A stretch of 64,000 nt of DNA. It comes from Octopus sinensis. Its lineage: Eukaryota. Under the pieces are notes generated by a model, which was not told where the DNA came from, ran no database searches, and saw nothing but the letters and a program-made list of their open reading frames with translations. This document shows positions 1 through 11,006 of the stretch, piece by piece. Location of the stretch: assembly GCF_006345805.1 (NCBI RefSeq), contig NC_043002.1, positions 78,678,001 through 78,742,000 on the forward strand. Reading direction: 5' to 3'. The translations under genes were made by a program, and so were the position numbers. Position 1 is the stretch's first letter. Every line of letters begins with the position of its first letter.

Positions 1-886
1 CATTGTCATTTAATGTCCGCTGGCATGGGTTGGACGGTTTGACTGAGGGCTGGCAAGCTAGAAGGCTGCACCAGGCTCCAATCTGATCTGGCCAGTTTCT
101 ACAACTGAGTGCCCTTCTTAATGTGTTAATAGGTTTTTTTTTTGTTACCTTAGAGAAGGGAAAAAAAAAGGAAAGGGGTTAAATTTGTGCATTTTGGGAG
201 TTTTTCTTAAAGTGTGAACAGGTTCTTTTTTGTTACCTTAGAGAAGGAAAAAAAAAAAGAAAGGGGGTTAAATTTGTGCATAAACACTCTGAGAGTGTAG
301 TGGGTGCTTTTTACGTGCCACCAGCACATGGGCCAGTCAGGCAGTACTGGCATCAACCATGCTTGAATGGTGCTTTTTATGTACCAATGGCACAGGAGCC
401 AGTCAGGCGGCTCTGGCAATGATCACGCTCAAATGGTACTTTTATATGCCACCAATACGGGACCAGTCACACAGCACTGGCATCGACCACGCTCGAATGG
501 TGCTTTTATGTTCCACCGGTACAGGTGCCAATCAGGCGGTACTGTTATCGGTCATGACAATAACTTTACTTGCTTCAGCAGGTCATTGCAAGCACAGTTT
601 ATTGCCCAATGATTGAAGGGTACTCTTAAATGGGCTGGTTATGCTGCACTGGCACAGGTCATGTTTACAGTCTCACTTAGCTTGCCGGATCTTCTCAAGC
701 ACAGCATATTTCTAAAGGTCTTGGTCACTTGTTATCACCTTGGTGAGACCCAATGTCCAAAGGTCGTACTTCACCACCTTATCCCGGGTCTTCCTGGGGC
801 TACCTCTTCCACAGGTTCCCTCTATTGCTAAGGTGTGACACTTTTTCACACAGCTGTCCTCATCTATATGCAACACATGACCATAA
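1..886 (-). mobile_element. RTE LINE 3' fragment (RT C-terminus plus 3' UTR)
   Basis: Minus frame GHVLHIDEDSCVKKCHTLAIEGTCGRGSPRKT matches the end of the RT ORF at 41681-42769; followed by the same UTR modules. Confidence 0.85.
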
Positions 887-899
887 ATGTATACATATA

Positions 900-965
<66 letters not shown>

Positions 966-1060
966 GAGAAGCTTTATGAAAATAAACAAAAGACGAAGGC
1001 AGGTGGAGTACAAACAAACAATTGTATTAGTATGGTGCTCAGGAATATAAATAAAACAAG

Positions 1061-1098
1061 TCTTTTACGTTTCGAGCCTACACTCTTCAACAGAAAGA
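1061..1098 (-). ncRNA. Minimal type I hammerhead ribozyme-like motif (variant core CUGUUGA)
   Basis: UCUUU CUGUUGA A GAG-uguagg-CUC GAAA C GUA AAAGA; stem I 5 bp, palindromic ACGU stem III; lies in a segment between (TA)n tracts. Confidence 0.55.
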
Positions 1099-1328
1099 TA
1101 CACAGAAAAGAAACATGGAGAGAAACAAGGAGAGAAAAAAATGCGTGCAGAAGCTAGCGATTCAACATGGCGATCTGATTCTGGCCAGAAGTCAGAGATC
1201 AAACGTGAGACGCAAGAGTGAAAATAGGGGAGATAACAGGGTCAAATGACTTCGCCCCAACATAAGGGTACGTGTGTGTATGAGAGAGTATGTGGTGCGT
1301 ATGAAAGGTCTGGACATATAAACATGTG

Positions 1329-1361
<33 letters not shown>

Positions 1362-1440
1362 GGATTCAGATAGAATCAGGTACTTGATGCATGAGAAACA
1401 GCTGACAATTATCCATTGTCTGTTATTATTCATTTGAGTG

Positions 1441-1506
<66 letters not shown>

Positions 1507-2126
1507 ATATATATAATACACACACATACAAACATGCACATACACACACACACACACACACAATGTATGTGTGTGTGTGTGTGCAGTATGGCCAAATGGT
1601 TATGAAGTTTACTTTGCACTTGATGTCCCAAGTTTGATCCTACTACATGCCATCTTGAACAGATGCCTTACAGGTTGACCCAAGCCTCGTAAGGGAAATT
1701 AATTTGATGGAAACTGCCTGGAAGCCTTTCAGATCCATAATTCAAAGGTCTGGCCTTGTCATATAGTGTTACACTGATTCAATTCAGGAATTATTGTTAC
1801 ATTTACATGCATCTCTGGCAGACTTAGCCACTTATACATTAATCTAGCGTGTCATATGTTTCAGTTGATTCAACACCTGAATGCATGTTGAGTTTCCATC
1901 ATCATTTTGGGATTGAAACAAACCTTATGAATTAAATATAGATGACCATAGACATTTCTCCTTCTTCTAGTTTAGATCTGAAGTTCTTTTACCAGTAACC
2001 TATATCCCACTTCAAGATATGAAGAGAAAAAAAATAACTACTGGTCGCGGCCTTCAGGCTAAAACATTTTTAAGGATTTAAGGATTTAAGGGATCTACTA
2101 AAGTTACTGAAATTTGCCAAGTTTAA

Positions 2127-2554
2127 CCCTTTAGCATTCAAATTATTCTGTCAAATGTAATCCTTATTTATTCACATTGTTTAGAATTAATCATGTTCTT
2201 AGGTGCAGGAGTGGCTGTGTGGTAAGTAGCTGGCTTACAAACCACATGGTTCTGGGTTCAGTCCCACTGCATGGCACCTTGGGTAAGTGTCTTCTACTAT
2301 AGCCTCGGGCTGACCAAAGCCTTGTGAGTGGATTTGGTAGATGGAAACTGAAAGAAGCCCGTCGTATATATGTACACACACACACATATATATATATAAA
2401 ATACACTCTTGGAGTGGTTGGTGTTAGGAAGGGCATCTAGCTGTAGAAATTCTGCCAGATCAAGATTGAAGCCTGGTGCAGCCATCTGGTTTGCCAGCCC
2501 TCAGTCATTTGTCCAACCCATGCTAGCATGGAAAGCGGACGTTAAACGATGATG

Positions 2555-2599
<45 letters not shown>

Positions 2600-2970
2600 G
2601 TGTATGTATATATATATGTTTATGTGTGTGTGTATATGTTTGTGTGTCTGTGTTTGTCCCCCCAACAGCTTGACAACCGATGCGTGTGTGTTTACGTCCC
2701 TGTAACTTAGTGCTTCAGCAAAAGAGATTGATAGAATAAGTACTAGGCTTACAAAGAATAAGTCCTGGGGTCAATTTGCTCGACTAAAGGCGGTGCTCCA
2801 GCACAGCCACAGTCAAATGACTGAAACAAGTAAAAGAGTATGAAATTTCAATGATTGTTTATTTTTAGAATGTCATTATAGGGTAAATATGAGAGACCAG
2901 ATCTAGTTGATTTGAACATTAAGCAGGTAGAATATTTTGGTTGGATATGGCTGGTTTAAATGCTAAAGGG
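2127..2970. mobile_element. piggyBac-type MITE (TTAA TSD) with nested SINE
   Basis: TTAA|CCCTTTAGCATT ... AATGCTAAAGGG|TTAA. Confidence 0.8.
2203..2840 (+). mobile_element. tRNA-derived SINE family 1 (GGAGTGGCTGTGTGGTAAG head), with an RTE-tail copy nested at about 2400-2555
   Basis: A/B-box-like head, CCTTGGGCAAGTGTCTTC core, internal microsatellite, AAAAGAGTA tail; at least 11 copies in window. Confidence 0.85.
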
Positions 2971-3441
2971 TTAATTGTTTAAGTTTTTGTATATTTTATC
3001 ATTTATAATAAATGTTTATAAGAAATAAATTTATTTTTCTGCTAAAGAAAATTTAAAATATTTTTTAAATTTATAAAATTTCAAAAAGTATTATTTCTTA
3101 ATGTTTTGGAGTTGCTCAGGCAGCAAGGTAGCAGAATCATTACAGTGCCAAAATAAATGCTTAAAAGTATTTCTTCTGTTTTCACGTTCTGAGCTCAAAT
3201 GCCACTGGGACCAACTTTGCTTTCATTCTTTCAGAGTCAACAAAATAAGAATCAGTTGAACAGAAGAACTGATGTAATTGAGTTAACCCCTTTCCACAAA
3301 CCTGTTGGCCTTGTGCCAGCATTGAAACTAATATTTTAAAGTTGCTTTAAATCATTGTGGTACATTTGAAATTTAAATTGAGAAAAAGAAAAATGAACTG
3401 AATATCTAAATTTTATATTTTTACCATTTTTTTCCATGCAG

Positions 3442-3537
3442 CTGATGAAGACTCTGTTAAAGTGGATACTGTTAGGCTGGATCTTCCCAAAACTCATTTG
3501 GTTCCAGAATCATCCAGAGCCTTTGTTTCAGTCATTG
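3442..3537 (+). CDS. TEP exon (MG7 end): [32 protein letters not shown]
   Basis: Acceptor CAG 3439-3441, donor GTAAAT 3538; 96 nt, phase 1-1; matches the A2M L.LP...VP.S.RA.VSV.GD motif. Confidence 0.92.
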
Positions 3538-5763
3538 GTAAATTGCTATTTTTAATACATTTTTTAATACATTATGTGGGTAGGTATTAAATATTATCTT
3601 CATTTCAACTGAAATTAACCTTTAGCATGCTGCAGGAGCATTATGTCACCATATGAGCTTTCTCCCCTGTAGTAACGGGGCAGCAGCAAAGGAGACAATT
3701 CTGGAAAAAAATGCAGTGGGCTAAAGGTTAAAGTTATTAAATAATCATATTATTTACATTATAGGTGCAGCAGTGGTTGTGTGGTAAAAAACTATAGGTG
3801 CAGGCTTGGCTGTGTGGTAAGAAGCTTCCTTCCCAACCACATGGTTCCAGGTTCAGTCCCACTGCATGGCACCTTGTCTTCTACTATAGCCTCAGGCCAA
3901 CCAAAGCCTTGTGAGTGGATTTGGTAGGCAGATACTGAAGGAAGCCTGTCATATGTATATATTGTGAAGGTGCATAGCTCAGTGGTTAGAGCGTCGAGCT
4001 TACGATCATGAGGTTGTGAGTTCGAATCCCGGACCGGGCTGCATGTTTTGTTCTTGATCAAGACACTTTATTTCACATTGCTCCGGTTCACTCAGCTGTA
4101 GGAATAAGTTGCAACGTCACAGGTGCCAAGCTGTATTAGCTGTTGCCTTCCCTTGGATAACACTGGTGGCGTGGAGAGAGGAGGCCGGTATGCATGGGCG
4201 ACTGCTGGTCTTCCATAAATAACCTTGCCTGGACTTGTGCCTGGGAGGGTAACTTTCTAGGTGCAATTCCACGGTCAGTCATGACCGAAGGGGGTCTCAG
4301 CATATATATATATATATATATTGAGTCAAGTACATGAACATCGAAATAAATATCAATGGAAATAGTAGTTGTGATACCTGTGCCGGTGGCACATAAAAAG
4401 CACCATCCGAACGTGGTCGATGCCAGCGCCGCCTTGACTGGCTTCCGTGCCGGTGGCACGTTAAAAGCACCAGCCGATCGTGGCCACTGCCAGACTCCCC
4501 TGGCACCTGTGCCGGTGGCACGTAAAAGCACCCACTACACTCTTGGAGTGGTTGGCATTAGGAAGGGCATCCAGCTGTAGAAACACTGCCAGATCAGACT
4601 GGAGCCTGGTGCAGCCCCTGGCTTCCCAGACCCCAGTCGAACCGTCCAACCCGTGTTAGCGCGGAAAACGGACGTTAAACGATGATGATGATCAGTGGCG
4701 ACTCCGGCACTCAGGCTGTTCAGGCTTAACTCGAGTATAAAGTTAGTAAAGTGAATGTGTATTTGCAAGCTGATTTGTTTTCTGCCAAGACTGACTTTGA
4801 GTATATAATTGCAGCCAATAACTTGGGCTCTTTTTATTGAGCCTGGTCGCAGTTTATTTATTTCCATTCAGCATCTAGTGGTTGTCTTAGAGGTGTCCTG
4901 TGTCAAAAAATATCATTGATAGCAGATGTTTTCTCGATATCTTTCACACACACCTGACTTGGGCTCAGAAGTCACAGCCCAAGTTGTTATCTATAATTGT
5001 AGAAATTAAAAGTAATTCAAATTTAATGTTTTCTGGAAACAATAAATTTCTATTGAGATTAGGATTTAAAATCCAATCTTTGAAAAGTTTCTGTTCTACA
5101 AAATTATTAAAGGAATGAAAAATTATCCAGCAATTTGGGCTAATACAAATGAACCTAGTAGGTGTAAAAGACTAACTGGTATCTCTTGTCAAGAGTACAG
5201 GCAACAGTCAGATTGCTGATGTTTGTTGTGCACTCTACTGTTGTTACTCTGTGCATTTGTGTATAAAGATCAGATGTGCTTTGCAGGGTTGCTTTATTTT
5301 TACCATTAACTTAGAAATGGAGAAAGATAGTGCTAGATGTAAAAAATAAGCCATTTGGAGTAAGAAAGAAAGTGGGAAAATGTGAAATTCTTCGAGCAGG
5401 CATGTGTCTTCTGCGAAATCTGTGATGAACCCGAGTAATGCTGATGAACTGGAGTCGCCTCTAATATATAAATATATATACACATGTATATAAACTATGT
5501 GTGTATGTCTTTGTGTCTGCATTTGTTCCCCTCATCACCACTTGACAAACGGTGTTGGTGTGTTTATGTCTCAGTAACTTAGTGGTTGGGCAAAAGAGAC
5601 CAATAGAAATAAGAGAAAATTATATATGAATGGTGAACATAAAAGATCGAACAGGGCGACGGGTATGGGGGGGAAAAAGCGGGAGTGAGTAAGCTGAGAA
5701 AGTTTCGCCCCTCTCCTCACCATTTCGTCGCATTGTGTGACAGAAACATTTTCTGACAGCGTG

Positions 5764-5801
<38 letters not shown>

Positions 5802-8182
5802 CATCATCATCATCATCATCGTTTAGCGTCCGCTTTCCATGCTAGCATGGGTTGGACGGGTCCACTGGGGTCTGTGAAGCTGGAAGGCTTCGTCAGGCCC
5901 AGTCAGATCTGGCAGTGTTTCTACGGCTGGATGCCCTTCCTAACGCCATATACATAATATATTAAACACAATTTCATTAATAGAAGAATAATAATTATCT
6001 ATATCTATTTGAATAAATTTATAACGATTTTTATCTTTAATATTATTAAACCATTTCAATGTATTATTATTACTAAACCATAATTTTAAATAATTAAGTT
6101 TATTTAACTTATCAATATATTTATCTAAATAAATTTACTTAATTTACCTAGGTCCGATTTACATGGGCAAATTAATCTAACTTTAGGGTCTGAATAAAAA
6201 TTATCTTTATGGTCTTTAAGAGTAATTCTGGGGTGCAAGGTACATAAGGTTCAGTTTATTATCCAACTCATATTTTAACATTACTACTTTAGAGGCCCAT
6301 TATAATATTATAAAGAATATCATCTGGAACAATTTTATATTTTTTAATTATTTCTTTCCCTAATAGTTTATCATATAATTTAACATCTAATTTATATAAG
6401 TTCCTTGTTTTATCAGATTGTACTATAATACTATCCATATTTCTCATATCTTTAATTTAATTGCTAAATTCCTTAAATATTCATTATTTCTATTTGGTAT
6501 TTATGGAATTCAATATTTTTTACCACCTCCATATACTATCTTCAAGTAATTGTAATTCTTATTAAATGGAGGTTCCTTTCTAGATTTAAATTTAGAGGTA
6601 TAATTATCATTCCTACTATCAATATCATTAAATAAATAAAAATTATAGTAAAAAGCTTTCCATTTAATTCTAGAAATAAAATCTTTAACATTATTAACAA
6701 GTTTCAAGATAAATTCCTTTCTAGAAGGAATAGGAATATCTTTCAAAGATGAATCCCAAAACAGCGGTTCTATCTTACCTGTAAAATCCATAATTTGCGA
6801 AATTGAGGTATTACACTCATATACAAAATTATCAATATTATATAAATAATAAATATTAGGGAATATATCCAAATTTACAGGGAAAAAAAAATCAGATTTA
6901 GGATTAAATCCAATTTTATAGTAAAATATTATAAAATATTATTTGAGACAAAACCACTATTTTGCAAAACAAACAAGGAAAGACTTAATCAATACATAAA
7001 ATTTAATAAATAGTCAAAAAAAACCGCCACTACAATCGTTTCTTGTCTTGATCGACAATCTTCAGGTGGACTTCCAATCTAAAAAATCAAAATTTTAAAT
7101 ATAAAAAATAATACTTTTAAATAATTAAAGTATAAATGAAAAAATATAAGTATATAATCCATATATAACCTATATATAATCCATATCGAAAATATAGACT
7201 AATTACCACGAATTCCCTAAAAAAACCATGATATAAACAAAACTCTTAAAAACATATAACGATAAAACTCCCTTTGCTAAACTCTATAACAAACCTATAA
7301 AGTAAACCCCCTAACCTAAACATTCACACACAAATACACACACGTAAACCACAGACTCACGACTTATACACATACCTATACTAACTTATAAACCTCAATA
7401 TACACCAAAACCCACTCCCTCCCCACACAGACAAATTAACACATACATCCCAAAACCTAAATAACAAACCCATATACACATTCACACACAAAACACACAC
7501 TCACACGCAAAACACTCACACACAAAAGATACATATACTCCCTCACATATACGCCTATACATACTCACTAAACTCGACATATACAACAATACTTACACAC
7601 CCACAAAAAAATTATATACATTTATGAGCTTTAACTCACCTTAGCATCTCTAACAAAACAACTTGCAGTAACCCAATCCCATTCTCTATGCCTACCTCAC
7701 TACTACACTATTCCATTCACATTCCAAGCAACGCTAGTCCACCACCCGGTTATTCACGTGGCAAAACGAACACCACTCAAAAATTATGAATGAAACAATG
7801 TAAAAAAATAACCAACACCTAAAATAGACAAAATACCACGAATTACCTAAAAAAACCATGATAAACCAAAACTCATAAAAGCATATAACGATAAAATCTC
7901 CCTTGCTAAACCCTAACAAAACTTATATAGCAATCCCCCTAACCTAAACATTCACACACAAAAAACCCACACGTAAACCACAGACCCATGACTTATACAC
8001 AAACCTATACAAACTTATAAACCTCAATATACACCAAAAACCACTCCCTCCCCACACAGACAAATTAACACATACATACCAAATCCTAAATAACAAACCC
8101 AATACACATTCACACACAAACACACACACACGCAAAACACACATATATATATAGTATATATATATATATGTATATATATATG

Positions 8183-8213
<31 letters not shown>

Positions 8214-8309
8214 GTATATATATATGTAATATATATATATGTATATATATATATGTATATATATATATGTATATATATATGTATATATATATATATGTAT
8301 ATATATATG

Positions 8310-8356
<47 letters not shown>

Positions 8357-8438
8357 GTATATATATATGTATATATATATATGTATATAGATATATATAG
8401 TATATATATATGTATATATATTATGTATATATAATATA

Positions 8439-8488
<50 letters not shown>

Positions 8489-8547
8489 GTATATATATAT
8501 ATGTATATGTATATATATATATAATATTATATATATATATATATATA

Positions 8548-8580
<33 letters not shown>

Positions 8581-10208
8581 TGTATATATTATATATATAT
8601 ATATATCTATATATATATATTATATATATGTATATATATTATATAATATATATAATATATATATATATATGTATATAATATGTATATATATATGTATATA
8701 TATATATATATATAATGTATATATATATATGTATATATATATGTATATATATATGTATATATATATGTATATATATATATGTATATGTATATATATATAT
8801 GTATATTATGTATATGTATATATATGTATATGTATATATATGTATATGTATATATATGTATATGTATATATATGTATATGTATATATATGTATATGTATA
8901 TATATATATATGTATATATCATCATCATCATCAATTAACGTCCGCTTTCCATGCTAGCATGGGTTGGACGGTTCAACTGGGGTCTGGGGAGCCCGAAAGC
9001 TGCACCAGTCCAGTCAGATCTGGCAGTGTTTCTACAGCTGGATGCCCTTCCTAACGCCAACCACTCCGAGAGTGTAGTGGGTGATTTTATGTGCCACCGA
9101 CCAGGGTGCCAGACGAGGCTGGCAAACGGCCACGCTCGGATGGTGTTTTTTATGTGCCACCGACACAGGTGCCAGACGAGGCTGGCAGACGGCCACGCTC
9201 GGATGGTGTTTTTTATGTGCCACCGACACAGGTGCCAGACGAGGCTGGCAGACGGCCACGCTCGGATGGTGTTTTTATGTGCCACCGACACAGGTGCCAG
9301 ACGAGGCTGGCAGACGGCCACGCTCGGATGGTGTTTTTATGAGGCTGGCAAACGGCCACGATCGGATGGTGCTTGTTACGTGCCCACAGCACGGAGGCCA
9401 GTCGATGCGGTACTGGCTACGGCCATGTTCGGATGGTTTTCTTATGTGCCACGTGCCACAAAGATACAAATTCCATTGATGTTCATCTATTTTGATTTGT
9501 TTTGATTTGATTTGATTTCCACTTGCCTCAACAGGTCTTCACAAGTGTCACAAGAAGGAAGGTATGCACAGGTGGACTGACTACGTCCCAGGTAGGGGCC
9601 ATGGGTTATGGCCTGACTAGTCTTGCCGGGTCTTCGGATGGTGTTTTTATGTGCCACCGACACAGGTGCTAGATGAGGCTGGCGAACGGCCACGATCGGA
9701 TGGTGTTTTGTCATGTGCCCACCGCACTGACTACGGCACTGATGGATTTCTTGTGTGTGCCACAGGCACTGGTACCACAAGATACAAATTCCATTGATGT
9801 TCATCTATTTTGTCTATTTTGATTTGATTTGATTTGATTTGATTTTCACTTGCCTCAACCGGTCTTCACAAGTGTCACAAGAAGGAAGGTATGCACAGGT
9901 GGACTGACTAGTCTTGCCGGGTCTTCGGAAGGTGTTTTTTATGTGCCACCGACACAGGTGCCAGATGAGGCTGGCGAACGGCCATGATCGGATGGTGTTT
10001 GTACGTGCCCACAGCACGGAGGCGGTCGATGCGAACTGGCTACGGCCACGTTCGGATGGTTCTCATGTGTGCCACCGGCACTGGTACCACAAAGTGTGTG
10101 CCACCGGCACTGGTACCACAAAGATACAGATTCCATTGATGTTCATCTATTTTGATTTGTTTTGATTTGATTTGATTTGATATATATATATATGTATATA
10201 TATATATG

Positions 10209-10241
<33 letters not shown>

Positions 10242-10566
10242 GTATATATATATAGTTATCCGTAATAATGAAGAGTGAAATTAATTAATTTGGAAAAATT
10301 ATCAATTACACCAAGTAGTCTTCGGCATGTAAAAGCCTCATTCGAGGAAAATTTAAGTAATACTAAGCAATAAGGGTTTAGCAACGAGTTGCCTTACCAC
10401 ATACCGAATTTAGAAATAGCAGTCAAAGGGTTATAGCTATTTCTTCTACTAAAAAGGGAGATCTCAGTAAAAACAGCATTTGGAAGGCAGACACAAACAG
10501 GTAAGAGAGAAACCCTTATTGCTTGTATATATATATATATATGTATATATATGTGTATATAATATA

Positions 10567-10646
<80 letters not shown>

Positions 10647-10969
10647 TATATGTATAATATTAATTAGAGACAAAACCACTATTTTGCAATCAAACAGAAA
10701 GACTTAATCCAATACATAAAACAATTTTAATATAAATTAAATAAAATTATATAATTTTATTTAATTTATATTAAAATTGTTTTATGTATTGGATTAATTC
10801 TTTCTTTGTTTGATTTGCAAAATAGTGGTTTTGTCTCTAATTAATATATATAATATTTTACTATAAAATTGGATTCAATCCTAAATCTGATTTTCCCTGT
10901 AAATTTGGATTTATTCCCTAATATTTATTATTATATATATATGTAGATATATATATATATATTAATATA

Positions 10970-11006
<37 letters not shown>

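Noticed and set aside
3966-4040. tRNA gene
   Set aside because: A and B boxes are present but there is no convincing acceptor stem or T-run terminator; it continues into a SINE body.
5415-5465. C/D box snoRNA (GTGATGA...CTGA)
   Set aside because: Only 12 nt separate the boxes, and I found no distal D box or terminal stem.
7081-7620. Bisulfite-converted contaminant
   Set aside because: More than half of the residual G are non-CpG and the tract is collinear with a genomic repeat; kept only as a compositional oddity.
9091-9340. CRISPR-like regular repeats (61-bp, 183-bp and 200-bp arrays)
   Set aside because: Units repeat in full with no unique spacers; eukaryotic context; no cas genes.
10315-10355. 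Minus-strand hammerhead-like string (GGC-ttttacat-GCC stem II)
   Set aside because: Both core strands are corrupted (CGAATGA, GAAGAC) and stem I does not pair.
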